This document shows, piece after piece, positions 42,083 to 52,508 of a DNA stretch of 64,000 nt. The notes below the pieces were generated by a model. The model was not told the origin of the DNA. It did no database searches and saw nothing but the letters and a program-made list of their open reading frames with translations. A program made the position numbers and the translations under genes. Source of the DNA: Phycisphaerae bacterium (GTDB lineage Bacteria > Planctomycetota > Phycisphaerae > WQYP01); the NCBI GenBank assembly GCA_035545015.1, contig DASZZD010000079.1, positions 623-64,622 of the forward strand, given 5' to 3'. How positions within the stretch are numbered: position 1 is the stretch's first letter; each line of letters opens with the position of its first letter.

Positions 42083-43185
42083 CAGGCCGCCCGACCTTCC
42101 GCCGCCGCGTCCGGCTTCGTCGTGACTTCCATCGCCGTTTCCGACGCAAGCACGCGCCGATTCGCCAGCAGGCTTGCGGAAGTCAACAGCGCCAGCGTGA
42201 TCAGCCCCTTCAAAATGTCCGCCGTCTCGTGCGGCAGCGGTGTCGCCGAAGTCTCCAGCGTCGCCGCTCCCTGATCGAGCAATGCGAAAAACAGCGCCGC
42301 CGCCGCGATTCCCACCGGATGCAGCCTTCCCAGGAGCGCCACCGCAATCCCGGTGTACCCGTACGACTCCGGCGTCTGCGTGAGCACGTGTCCACCCACG
42401 CCCAGCGTCTGAATCGCCCCGGAAAGCCCCGCAAAACCGCCAGAAAACAGCAGCACAAACCCCTGCCGCGAAGCCGTGGGAATGCCCGAATAACGCGCCG
42501 CCGCGGGATTAAGCCCGGTCACCAGCAGCTCAAACCCCAGCGTCGTGCGCGACTGGACGCCCCACGCGATCAGCGCCGCCACCGCCGCAATCACCACCCC
42601 GGCGTGCACCACCAGCGATCCGCCGATCAGCGGCAATTGAAACGCCGCCGGCATCGGATCCGACTGTACCGCCTGCGTCAGGTGCGATTTCAGCGGGCCC
42701 TCCAACAGCACGTCCAGCAGTTGCAGCGCCACGAAATTCAAAAGAATCGTCGAGAGCACGACCGGCACGCCGCGCAACAGTTCCAGTCCCGCCGCCACTC
42801 CCGCAAAAAGCGCCCCCGCAACCACCGCCGCCGCCAGCGCCACCGTGATCGCCGCCGCCGATGCGTGCAGCCCGGGCAGCATGCGCGTCGCCACCGCCGC
42901 CGCCGCGATCGCGCCGAGAATCGATTGCCCCTCCGCGCCGATGTTCAGAACCCCCGCGCGAAACGCCACCCCAGCCGCCAATCCCGTCAGCAGCAGCGGG
43001 CAACTGTTCTTCAGCGCCACCTCGATATTGAACCGATCCGCCACCGCCGCCGTGAACCACTCCCGCAGCAGGCTCAGCGCCGGATACTTCGCGAGCGCCA
43101 GCCCGATCGCCAGGAGCGCGATCGACACCGCGACGGCAATCGCCGGCGGAACCAGCGGCAGGAAAATCCGACGCACCAAACGCAT
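42082..43185 (-). CDS. ABC transporter permease (BMP/nucleoside-type importer)
   Basis: Multi-TM permease. Start overlaps the downstream permease. Confidence 0.85.
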   Translation of the reverse strand: MRLVRRIFLPLVPPAIAVAVSIALLAIGLALAKYPALSLLREWFTAAVADRFNIEVALKNSCPLLLTGLAAGVAFRAGVLNIGAEGQSILGAIAAAAVATRMLPGLHASAAAITVALAAAVVAGALFAGVAAGLELLRGVPVVLSTILLNFVALQLLDVLLEGPLKSHLTQAVQSDPMPAAFQLPLIGGSLVVHAGVVIAAVAALIAWGVQSRTTLGFELLVTGLNPAAARYSGIPTASRQGFVLLFSGGFAGLSGAIQTLGVGGHVLTQTPESYGYTGIAVALLGRLHPVGIAAAALFFALLDQGAATLETSATPLPHETADILKGLITLALLTSASLLANRRVLASETAMEVTTKPDAAAEGRAA

Positions 43186-43259
43186 GGCGGAAGTGTACTG
43201 GCCGGCGCATTTTTCGTAAGCCGGAACCGCGGATTTTCACCAGCCTCGAAACGACGCTC

Positions 43260-44759
43260 CTACCCGCCAAGCCCCAGCATCAACGGCGCAATCGCTTCCT
43301 TCGTTCGCGCCGACGCCAGCGTGAGCGTCCCGTTGTAAAGCACCGCAACGCGATCCGCCACCCCCAGCAACTCCTCCAGATCCGCGTGAATCAATACGAT
43401 CGCCGCGCCCCCGTCCGCACGATCCCGCGCCGCCCGGAGTTGCCGCATCACAAACGCCGTCGCCGCAATATCCAGCCCGCGCGTCGGATTGGCCGCCACC
43501 ACGACCGGCTTCGCCGCCAACCCCAATTCCCGGGCCAGCACCACCTTCTGCTGATTCCCGCCGGAAAGGCGCGACAACGGCGTCGCCACCCCATCCGTGC
43601 GGATGTCAAACGTTCGCACCGCCCGCACCGCCGCCCCCTTCCACGCCCGCGGCCACAACACCCCCGCCCGTGAAAACGGCGCCCGCCGGTAATCCTTCAT
43701 CAGCAGGTTCTCCGTCACCGACAGCGGCAGCACCGCCGCCAGCCGATGCCGATCGTCCGGAATCACCGCCATCTGTTTCAACCGCTCCCGAATCCGCGCA
43801 CGCGTGCAATCGCGCCCCCGAATCTCCAGCTTCCCCTCCCGCAGCGGCAAATCCCCCACCAGCGCCGCCAGCAAATCCGCCTGCCCATTCCCATCCACCC
43901 CTGCAATCCCCAGGATTTCCCCGGCACGAACCTCCAGCGACACATCACGCAACATCCCCGCCGATGCATGCCGTAGCGCCAGCACCACCGGCCGCCCCTC
44001 ATGCCGCTCCACAGCTTCGCGCCGCTCGACCGCCGCTACCGCCGCCTCCCCAATCATCCGCGCCGCAATCTCGCTCACCGAAATCCCCTCCCGCGGTCCC
44101 GCATGCACTACCCGGCCGCGCCGCAGAATCGCCACCTCATCGCACACGCTCTCCACCTCCGCCAGCTTGTGCGTGATGAAAATCACCGCCGCCCCACTTG
44201 CCTTCAACGACCGCATCGCCACAAAAAGCTCCCCCGCTTCCTGCGGCGTCAGCACCGCCGTCGGCTCATCCAGAATCAGCGTGCGCCCGCTCTTCGCCTG
44301 CGCCGTCCTGTCCGTCGTCAACAGCGCCTTCAATATCTCCGCCCGCTGCTGCTGCCCCACAGAAAGCCGCCCCGCCAGCGTTTGCAGCGGCAACTGCCAG
44401 CCCAGCCGCTCGAGCCACGCCTCCGCCCGCAACCCCACCTTTGCCGGCCGCTCCCGCATCGCCAGCGCCAGATTCTCCGCCGTCGTCAGCGTCGGCACCA
44501 GCTTGAAATGCTGATGCACCATCCCGATCCCCAGCGCCTGCGCCGCCCGCGGTGACCCAATCCGCACCGCCCGCCCATCCACCACAATCTCCCCGGAATC
44601 CGCCTGCAAAAGCCCGAACAAAATGTTCATCAACGTCGATTTCCCCGCCCCGTTCTCCCCCAGCAGCCCGTGAATTCGCCCCGGTGCAAACCCCAGCGAC
44701 ACATCCTCCAGCACCCGCAGCCGCCCGAACGATTTGAAAATGTGCCGCACTTCCAGCAT
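43260..44759 (-). CDS. ABC transporter ATP-binding protein with duplicated ATPase domains
   Basis: Two Walker A sites (GENGAGKST and a second) and LSGGNQQK signatures. Confidence 0.9.
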   Translation of the reverse strand: MLEVRHIFKSFGRLRVLEDVSLGFAPGRIHGLLGENGAGKSTLMNILFGLLQADSGEIVVDGRAVRIGSPRAAQALGIGMVHQHFKLVPTLTTAENLALAMRERPAKVGLRAEAWLERLGWQLPLQTLAGRLSVGQQQRAEILKALLTTDRTAQAKSGRTLILDEPTAVLTPQEAGELFVAMRSLKASGAAVIFITHKLAEVESVCDEVAILRRGRVVHAGPREGISVSEIAARMIGEAAVAAVERREAVERHEGRPVVLALRHASAGMLRDVSLEVRAGEILGIAGVDGNGQADLLAALVGDLPLREGKLEIRGRDCTRARIRERLKQMAVIPDDRHRLAAVLPLSVTENLLMKDYRRAPFSRAGVLWPRAWKGAAVRAVRTFDIRTDGVATPLSRLSGGNQQKVVLARELGLAAKPVVVAANPTRGLDIAATAFVMRQLRAARDRADGGAAIVLIHADLEELLGVADRVAVLYNGTLTLASARTKEAIAPLMLGLGG

Positions 44760-44779
44760 CAGGACCGCCGATCAATGGT

Positions 44780-44804
44780 CACGAAAAACACGAACCGCAC
44801 GAAG
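44780..44804. repeat. Triple 9-bp direct repeat CACGAAnnn (copy B), just upstream of the ABC ATPase start
   Basis: cacgaaaaa cacgaaccg cacgaag. Followed at 44847-44873 by ctctccgtg x3. Confidence 0.7.
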
Positions 44805-44890
44805 CAGACTTCACACGGTGCAGCCACAATCCCGCTTGCGTCAACCTCTCTCCGTGCTCTCCGTGTCCTCCGTGGTTATTCCGTCGAGCG

Positions 44891-45931
44891 TCAATCCCCG
44901 GCCGGAATCTTGATCTCCCCGCTCGTGATCTTCTTCGCCGCATCATCCAGCAGTGGCTGCACATCCTTCAGTACCGTCCCCGTCAATTTCGGATTCAGCA
45001 CCGCCTCGCACACCCCATTCGCCAGATCCTCCTTCACCAGCCCCCCCTTGAACGTGCCGCCGCGCACCTGCTCGATCACCTGCGCAAACGCCTTATCCAG
45101 GTGAATCACCGCCGACCCCAATGTATAGTCCGAACAAATCGCATTCCCATTCTGATCCGCATTCGCTCCAAAAGTATAAACGATGCCATGCAAATCTGAC
45201 TTGCGCTGCGTGTCGTGCTCCTTCACCGCCTCAAAAATCCCCGAGCTCGCCGCATCCGTGTTCTGCATGATCACATCGATCCCCGCGTCCATGAATGCCT
45301 CCGCCTGCGTCTTCGATTTCGCCGGATCGTCCCACCCCGTGTACTGCGTCGTCACCGTGATGCTCGGATCCACCGATTTCGCCCCCGCCTCAAACCCCCG
45401 CCGCATCACCGTCACCGTCGGAATCGCCTCCCCGCCGATGAACCCCAGCTTGTGCGTCTTCGTCACCTTCGCCGCCGCAATCCCCAACTGATAAGACGCC
45501 CCCGCAAGGTCATACGCCAGCGACTGAAAATTCGGCGAATCCACATCCCCGCCCGATACCGCGATCTTCTCCTTCACCGCGCTCCTCTTCGAAGGATCCG
45601 TCAGCTCTTTCACCGGCTCCAGATACTCATACCCATGCGCAATCACCAGCGAAAACCCCTGCGCGTCAAACTGCCGCAGCGCATCCGCCGCATTGTCCTT
45701 GCTCACGTTCTGCCGCGTGCGCACGTCCAGCGAATACTGCTTGCTCAGCGATTGCAGCGACGTCTCCGCCAATTGATTCCATCCCCCATCCGATGTCGAC
45801 CCCGACACCATCAACCCCACCTTCATCGTCCCGCCACTCGCCGGCGCCGTCCCCGTCGCGGGACCCGAAGAGTTTCCCGAGCACGCCGCCACCGCCGCCG
45901 CCACTACCACCGCGACAAGAACCTTCCACAT
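44891..45931 (-). CDS. BMP-family ABC transporter substrate-binding lipoprotein
   Basis: Lipobox AACSG. BMP/Med family body. Confidence 0.85.
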   Translation of the reverse strand: MWKVLVAVVVAAAVAACSGNSSGPATGTAPASGGTMKVGLMVSGSTSDGGWNQLAETSLQSLSKQYSLDVRTRQNVSKDNAADALRQFDAQGFSLVIAHGYEYLEPVKELTDPSKRSAVKEKIAVSGGDVDSPNFQSLAYDLAGASYQLGIAAAKVTKTHKLGFIGGEAIPTVTVMRRGFEAGAKSVDPSITVTTQYTGWDDPAKSKTQAEAFMDAGIDVIMQNTDAASSGIFEAVKEHDTQRKSDLHGIVYTFGANADQNGNAICSDYTLGSAVIHLDKAFAQVIEQVRGGTFKGGLVKEDLANGVCEAVLNPKLTGTVLKDVQPLLDDAAKKITSGEIKIPAGD

Positions 45932-45992
45932 ATCACGCTCCTCAAATCACCCGTTTACCAAAACCCCGCGCGCCGTCCGCCGCCGCGCGCAC

Positions 45993-46760
45993 TCATCGCT
46001 TACGCCACGTCTCCAGTTGCCGGCTTCGCTGATAAATCCCAAACGACTGCATCATGCACAATGCGCCGATGATCAGCAGGATCATGTCCACGCCCTGACC
46101 CCCCAGTTGCAGATCTATCGGCGGCGGAATATGAACCGATTCCACCCCCAGCCCCAGCACCACAAACGAAAGCCCTGCCACCGTTCCCACCATCCCCGCG
46201 ATCATCAGCGACTTCTGAAATCCCACCACCAGCCACAGCAATTCCTGCAGCATGCGCCCCCCATCCATCGGATACGCCGGAATCAAATTGAACAACAGCA
46301 GCAGCCGGTTGATCTGCCACATCCAATAACACGCAACGCCAAGGTATCGTTCCGCCCCCGTATGAAACCGATACCAGAAATACATGTCGCCCCCATCCAG
46401 TATGTTCAAATGCCGGCACGCCAGATAAAACACCGGCCACAGCACCGCGTTCACCAGCGGCCCGCACACCGTGCTGAACAGCCACGCCCACGGATTGTTC
46501 GGCGGCTGCACGAACGCGATCCCCCCCAGCGGCCAAAGCACAATGTGATCCGCCGTGCCCCCCACCGCCTTGCACGACAACGCATGCCCGAATTCATGCA
46601 CCAACACCACCGCGAACAGCAGCCCCAGCGTCAACGCGTCAATGTCCAGCATCTTCGAACCGCTCAGTTCGAAAAACGCCCAGACCAAAAACGTCCAGTG
46701 CAGCACCACCGTAATCCCAAACCACCGCCCCAACGGAATACCCTGATTGAAAAAATTCAT
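45993..46760 (-). CDS. Site-2 protease family (M50) membrane metalloprotease
   Basis: HEFGHAL zinc motif within TM helices. Confidence 0.8.
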   Translation of the reverse strand: MNFFNQGIPLGRWFGITVVLHWTFLVWAFFELSGSKMLDIDALTLGLLFAVVLVHEFGHALSCKAVGGTADHIVLWPLGGIAFVQPPNNPWAWLFSTVCGPLVNAVLWPVFYLACRHLNILDGGDMYFWYRFHTGAERYLGVACYWMWQINRLLLLFNLIPAYPMDGGRMLQELLWLVVGFQKSLMIAGMVGTVAGLSFVVLGLGVESVHIPPPIDLQLGGQGVDMILLIIGALCMMQSFGIYQRSRQLETWRKR

Positions 46761-46791
46761 GCGACTCCAAATCGCTCATTGTCGGTCGTTA

Positions 46792-48348
46792 TCAGTTTTC
46801 CGCCGGCACCACCAGCGCCCGCTTCAACACCTTCCCCGTCGCTGTCATCGGAAACTGCTCCACAAAATACACTTCCCGCGGCGCCTTATACGCCGCCAGC
46901 CGATCCCGCACGAACCCGCGCAATTCGCTCGCCGTTGGCTTCGCGACCGCCTCCGCCTCGCCCCCCGCCTTCAACTGCACAAACGCCACCGGCGCCTCCC
47001 CGCGCGATTCATCCTTCACCCCGATCACCGCCGCGATTAGCACCGCCGGATGCTCCTTCAGCACATCCTCGATCTCCCGCGGAAACACCTTTTCCCCCGC
47101 CATGATGATCATGTCCTTCTTACGCCCCGTAATGAACAAAAACCCCTCTTCATCAATCTTCGCAATGTCACCCGTCTTGAACCACCCCTCCGCCGTAATT
47201 ACCTCCGCCGTCACCTCCGGCTTGTTGTAATACCCCTTCATCACCATCGGCCCGCGAATGTACAATTCCCCGCCATCCACCCCGCGCGCCAAATCCCGCC
47301 CCTCCTCATCCACCGTCTTCACCTCCACCGACGGAACCGTCTTCCCCACAGATCCCGCCTTGTGCGCCCATGGCAAATTGATCGCCACGATCGGCGACGT
47401 CTCCGTCAGCCCAAACCCCTCCATCAACGTAATTCCGAACGTGTTGCGAAACTGCTCGATCAGCGGCACCGGCAACGCCTCCCCGCCCGATATCGCCAGC
47501 TTCACCGTCGCCAGCGACTCCCGCTTCGCCGACTTCGCATGCGCCATCACCGCATACATCGTCGGCACCAGAATCAGCACCTCGATCGCATGCTGCTGCA
47601 CCGCTTGAAACACCGCCGGCGGCGAAAACCTCGCCTGGTACACCGTCTTCGATCCCAGCATCAGCGGTATCAGAAAGCACCCCATCAGCCCCATCGTGTG
47701 AAACATCGGCAGCACGCCCAGAAAAATCGTCTTCTCCGTGAACCGCGCATGTTCGCACGAATGTATCGCGTCCGACTCCAGATTCCCGTTGGTCAGCATC
47801 ACCCCCTTGGGCACGCCCGCCGTCCCCGACGTATACATGATCACCGCCACATCAGCCGGATTCCGCGCCGGTATCGGCCGCACCAGCTTCCTCAGCGCCC
47901 CCGCATCCACCGCCAGCGCCGCCATCGCCGCCAGCCCCGGCCGCTCGAACTTCAGCGACTCCATCGTGATCACTTTCAACTCCCCTCCCACCAGCGCCGC
48001 CACCCCTTCCGCCAGCGCCCGCAAATGCTCGATCGTAAAAATCACCTTCAACCCCGCATCCCGCACAATCCCCGCCAATTCCTCGGGCTTCAGCAGATAA
48101 TTCAGCGGCAGCACGATCCGCCCATCCCACCGCGCCCCGCCGAACGCCACCGCAAACGCCGCGGTGGGGGGGATCAGCAGCCCCACCTTGTCGCCAAAAA
48201 TCTCCCGCGGCACGAGCGTCTGCAAATGATCCACGAACACGTGCGACCCATACACCAGCTCCCGATACGTCAGTGTCCGCTGATCGTCCACGATCGCCAC
48301 CGCGTTGGGGGTCCGAAGCGCATGCTCCAGCACTTTTTCCAGAATCAT
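46792..48348 (-). CDS. Long-chain-fatty-acid--CoA ligase / AMP-dependent synthetase
   Basis: YTSGTAGVPKGV AMP-binding motif. Start taken at MILEKVLEH rather than the longer track ORF. Confidence 0.85.
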   Translation of the reverse strand: MILEKVLEHALRTPNAVAIVDDQRTLTYRELVYGSHVFVDHLQTLVPREIFGDKVGLLIPPTAAFAVAFGGARWDGRIVLPLNYLLKPEELAGIVRDAGLKVIFTIEHLRALAEGVAALVGGELKVITMESLKFERPGLAAMAALAVDAGALRKLVRPIPARNPADVAVIMYTSGTAGVPKGVMLTNGNLESDAIHSCEHARFTEKTIFLGVLPMFHTMGLMGCFLIPLMLGSKTVYQARFSPPAVFQAVQQHAIEVLILVPTMYAVMAHAKSAKRESLATVKLAISGGEALPVPLIEQFRNTFGITLMEGFGLTETSPIVAINLPWAHKAGSVGKTVPSVEVKTVDEEGRDLARGVDGGELYIRGPMVMKGYYNKPEVTAEVITAEGWFKTGDIAKIDEEGFLFITGRKKDMIIMAGEKVFPREIEDVLKEHPAVLIAAVIGVKDESRGEAPVAFVQLKAGGEAEAVAKPTASELRGFVRDRLAAYKAPREVYFVEQFPMTATGKVLKRALVVPAEN

Positions 48349-48503
48349 CGGGTGCTCCGCGGTTGACACGATTGCGCGAAACCCGCATGTTGCAGGCCGC
48401 TCTGTTTCGCCGTCGCCCGGCCACCTGAACTGTAACCCACCCGCGCGGCGCGCACAACGCGAATCACCCGCCGGCAGCCACGCGCCGGCGCCTGGAGCCG
48501 CTG

Positions 48504-49280
48504 ATGAAAATCTCGCCCGTCGCACCGCTGATCCTCCTCGCCGCCGCCACGCTTGCGCTCTACGCCTGCACCGCCAGCGACGCCGACCGCCGCGCCCTCG
48601 CCCGGGGTTTTTCCGATTACCAGGCCCGACGCTTCGACGAAGCCGAAAACGCCGCCGCCGCCTACCTCGCCAAATATCCCACCGCCGAAAACGCCGACGA
48701 AGCCTACTATCTCCGCGGACTCGCCCGTCTCGCCAAAAGCGACACCGGCGGCGCCGCTCAGGACCTCTCCCTCGCCATCCAGAAATCCCGCCGCACCGAT
48801 CTCAAATCCAAAGCCTGGCGCGCCCTCGGCGACATCGCCTTCGACGGCGTCCGCTTCGCCGAAGCCGCCGCCGATTATCAGAACAGCCTCGCTGCCGGCG
48901 GCCTCCCGCCCGCCGACGCCGGATACGTCAACTACCGCCTCGGCGAATGCCTCCAGAACCAGGGCCAATGGGATCGCGCACGCCCCTTCCTCGACAAAGC
49001 CGCCGCCTCCCCCGATCCCACCATCGCTCCACGCGCCAGGGAACGCGCCGCTCTCCGCTATTTCACCCTTCAATTTGGCGCTTTCCGCGACACCGCCAAC
49101 GCCAACAACCTTGCCCGCGAACTCAAATCCGCCGGCCTCGCCGCCGGTGTCTTCACCGCATCCCACGACGGACAGACCCTCTACGCCGTCCGCGCCGGCG
49201 GTTACGCCACCTGGGCCGCCGCCGATCAGGCACGCGAAAAACTGCTGGCCAAATACCCGCTCCTCACGGTATACCCCTGA
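48504..49280 (+). CDS. Lipoprotein with TPR repeats and C-terminal SPOR (peptidoglycan-binding) domain
   Basis: Lipobox LYACT. TPR-like helices. C-terminal FTLQFGAFRDTANANNLARELKSAGL…YAVRAGGY is a SPOR motif. Confidence 0.7.
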   Translation: MKISPVAPLILLAAATLALYACTASDADRRALARGFSDYQARRFDEAENAAAAYLAKYPTAENADEAYYLRGLARLAKSDTGGAAQDLSLAIQKSRRTDLKSKAWRALGDIAFDGVRFAEAAADYQNSLAAGGLPPADAGYVNYRLGECLQNQGQWDRARPFLDKAAASPDPTIAPRARERAALRYFTLQFGAFRDTANANNLARELKSAGLAAGVFTASHDGQTLYAVRAGGYATWAAADQAREKLLAKYPLLTVYP

Positions 49281-49307
49281 CCGATCCTCCGGCACCTCGG
49301 GTGACGC

Positions 49308-50864
49308 TTGCCACTGCCCCGATTCTTTCACATGGAACCGGCCGCCAGCGCCGGCGCCTCCGCCCGGGTCTACATGCCCGCCGTCATGGTCTCGCGCGCC
49401 CTCGCCCTCATCCGCCTCCTCCTCGTCGCCCGCCTCCTCGGCGAAGCCCGCAAAGGCCAATACGGCGTCTATCAGCAAGCCCTCGTCCTCATGAACTGGC
49501 TCGTCCCTGTCGTCATGTTCGGCCTTGGTGATGTCGCCGAACGCTACGCCGCCCGCTTCGAACGCGAAGGCCGCCTCGCCTGGTGGGTCCGACGCCACGC
49601 CGTACGCCTCGCCGCCACCGGCCTCGCCGCCGCAACCCTTCTCATCGCCGCAACCCCTTGGGTCGGCCGCAACATCTTCCATCTCGATCCCTCCGCCGGC
49701 CGCGCCTGGATGCTCGATGCCACCTGCGCCGCCGCCATCATCTTCCTCGCCCTCTACCAATACGTCGCCGCCCTCCTCCGCGGCATGCGCGCCTACAACG
49801 CCGTCGCCGGCATGGAAGTCACCTCCGCCATCCTCCTCCTGATCCTCTCCACTCTCGCCGCAATCCACGGATCAGCCGTCGGCCTCGTTTACATGTACGC
49901 CGTTTCCGTCGGCGTGCCCATGCTCTTCTTCGCCGGCCTCGCCTGGTCGCGCATCAACGCCCCCACCACCGCCGCCGGCGCGCCCCGCTCCGTCCACCTC
50001 TCCCGCTTCGGCCGCTGGGCCCTCGTCCGCCTGCTCCTCATGATGAGCTTCGGATTCCTGAGCGTCTGGGGCGTCGGCTATCTCGCCGCCCAGGCCGGTT
50101 GGCCCTCAAGAGACGTCCAGGAAGCCCAGGCCGAATACGCCATTCCCTACCGCATGGCCGAGGTGCTCTCCTACATCGCCATCACCGCCTGGGCCTCCAC
50201 CTACGGAATCGCCGCCAAATTCTGGGCCCATGGCCAGACCCGCCGCGCCCGCGCCGAGCTCTTCCGGATCGGGCGATTTGGCGCAGCCGCGCTCGCCCTC
50301 ATGGCGGCCCTTGCGGTGATTTGTCGCAGCCCCATTGGCTGGCTCCTTCCGGCTTATGCCGACGTCGTCCGCACGCTGCTGCCCCCGATGGCCGGCGTCT
50401 TCATCTGGTATGGCCTCCTCGCTTTTTGCAGCACCTACGCCGATCTCCGCGAAACGCCCCACCGCGGCGCCTGGCTCTGGGGAGCTGCTGTCGCCGGACA
50501 GGCCGCCGTCATGCTGCTCACCCCCGGTGGCGCCGGAACACCCGCCGACGCCATCGGACCCCGCGAACGCGTCGTCGTCGCCTCCGCCGTCGGCGTCGGA
50601 CTCGCCCTGCTCATCCTCGCCCCCTTAGTCCTCTGGCGACCCCTTCGTCTCACCGCAACCGCCGTCCCGCCCGCGCTGGTGGCCCTTTCCGCCCTCGCCC
50701 TCTTCGTTCCCGCCGATCTGGTCGGCTGGATCGCCCCGGTCGTCCTCATCGCCGTCCTGCTCCTGCTCCAGAGCATGGGCCTTCTCGTACGCCGTTCCGA
50801 CCGCCGCCGCTGGCGTCGCTGGCGCAACGCCCGCGCTCCTGCCCCGCTCGCACCGATCGCTTGA
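49308..50864 (+). CDS. Polysaccharide biosynthesis / oligosaccharide flippase (MOP superfamily, Wzx-like)
   Basis: About 12-14 TM helices with a flippase-type arrangement, in a polysaccharide-assembly neighbourhood. Confidence 0.7.
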   Translation: MPLPRFFHMEPAASAGASARVYMPAVMVSRALALIRLLLVARLLGEARKGQYGVYQQALVLMNWLVPVVMFGLGDVAERYAARFEREGRLAWWVRRHAVRLAATGLAAATLLIAATPWVGRNIFHLDPSAGRAWMLDATCAAAIIFLALYQYVAALLRGMRAYNAVAGMEVTSAILLLILSTLAAIHGSAVGLVYMYAVSVGVPMLFFAGLAWSRINAPTTAAGAPRSVHLSRFGRWALVRLLLMMSFGFLSVWGVGYLAAQAGWPSRDVQEAQAEYAIPYRMAEVLSYIAITAWASTYGIAAKFWAHGQTRRARAELFRIGRFGAAALALMAALAVICRSPIGWLLPAYADVVRTLLPPMAGVFIWYGLLAFCSTYADLRETPHRGAWLWGAAVAGQAAVMLLTPGGAGTPADAIGPRERVVVASAVGVGLALLILAPLVLWRPLRLTATAVPPALVALSALALFVPADLVGWIAPVVLIAVLLLLQSMGLLVRRSDRRRWRRWRNARAPAPLAPIA

Positions 50865-51078
50865 CACCAGCCGCCACGCGCTCCACATTCTCGGAAGCAC
50901 TCCGCGCCGGAAACAGGTCAACTCCCCCCGCGGGACACCCGATGCTTTAGGGGCCGCCACCTGCCAGAAAGAGTGGCGAATCCTGACGGAAGAGTCCGAT
51001 TTCCTATGAACGGCGCTGGGAAGTTCGAGCAGGCACAGTGCTTGCGTGGTAGTTCCGCGCTTCTTGAGGTGACCTCTA

Positions 51079-52175
51079 TGAACTTCGTGCTCCACATCCT
51101 TGGACAAGTCCAGAAGAACGCACCGGCCTGGGGGGGACGCGGAAATCACCTTGCCGATGATAGCCTCGCCGCCGTACGACGCGCCCTGCTCGCCGGCCAA
51201 TACACCCACGCCGCCGAACTCCTCGCCGACGCAACCGGCACGGACTCCAAAGAATCCCTCGGCACCACAGGCCTCACCTTCGCCCGCGGTCAGCTCAGCC
51301 TCATGGCCGGCGCCTACTCCGAAGCCGCCTGGTGCTTTGCCGAAGGCATGGAACGCGTCATGGGCGCCGCCGATGGCAGCCTCGAAGTAGGCGCCGGATC
51401 GATCCTCGAAAAAATGATCGGCGCCGGCGAAGACGCCCTCCGTTCGGGCAACTGCGGCCGCGCGGTAACCCTGCTCAGCACTGCCCGCGGCCTCGTCGAC
51501 CAACTCCTGGGCGCTGAAGCCGGCCTTTGCGTCGCAGAAGCCCGCATCGCCGCCCACATGCGCGCCGGTCGCGTCGAACGCCTCGTGCCCCTCGCCCGTC
51601 TCGGGGACACCCTGCTCAAAGCCGAAGCTCGTGCCCGCCTCGCCGGCAGCGTCGGCGCCCTGAAAACCGGCGGCAACCGCGCCGATGTCGCCTGGGCCAT
51701 CGGCGCCGGCCGCGTCACCGAACTGCTCGAAGGCGAATTCGAAACTCTTTCCCTCGCCAGCCGACGCCTCCGCGGCCACGCCGAAGTCCATCTGCGCCTG
51801 GGCCTCGTCGCTCGCACCCTCGGCCACCCCGACACCGCCGCCTGGGCATTGGGCGAAGTCCTCGCCGTTCATCCTCATCACGTCTCCACCGCCGCCCGCC
51901 TCGGAGCAACCCTCGTCGAGCGCGGCGCCGATAGCGCGAGCGTTCTGGGCATTCTCGCCGTCGCGTTCGCCGTCCCCACCGACGCCATCCGCCGTTACGC
52001 CGATCTCGCCGCCGCCGCCCACGACGCCGACTTCGACCAGCGCGTCGACCGCTTCGCCGCCGGCGGCGCCGGCCCCGTCGTCCGCGCCAATCTCGCCTTC
52101 GCCCTCGCCGAACTCGGACTCCTCGAAGGGCCCCGCGCCGCCTGGCGCGAACTCCACGGCCTGCAAAAGGCCTGA
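51079..52175 (+). CDS. Hypothetical helical (TPR-like) protein
   Basis: Long in-frame ORF with region-consistent C-ending codon usage. No family recognised. Start guessed at MNFVLHIL. Confidence 0.4.
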
Positions 52176-52508
52176 CGCCCCCAGTCCATCCAGAATGCCA
52201 TCGCTGAAACGCTCACAAGCGCAGCGGTCCGGCATCGATCCCCAGCAATTCCAACAGGATTTCGCCTCGGCCGTGCAATCGGTTCAGTCCGGTGGCAACG
52301 TTGACTTCGCATCGCTGTTCCAGAATTTCCCCGCGGGTTCGGCGGTCGACACTATGGCCTGATTTTCCGGAAGCCATTACCCCAGCGCGGCCACCGGGCG
52401 GAGGATGCGCCCGGTTGCCGCCGCTATTTTTGCACCGGCCAGCACGAGTGGCCAAAATCCACCGAACTCGCCGATGAAGCCTCCACATGGTGCGCTCGGG
52501 AGTCGGTC

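Noticed and set aside
52197-52362. 55-aa ORF (MPSLKRSQAQRSGIDPQQFQQDF…) between the TPR-like gene and the BNR gene
   Set aside because: It is in the same frame as the tail of a long spurious ORF. It has no recognisable family and no clear ribosome-binding site. It could be a real small protein, but I cannot support it.
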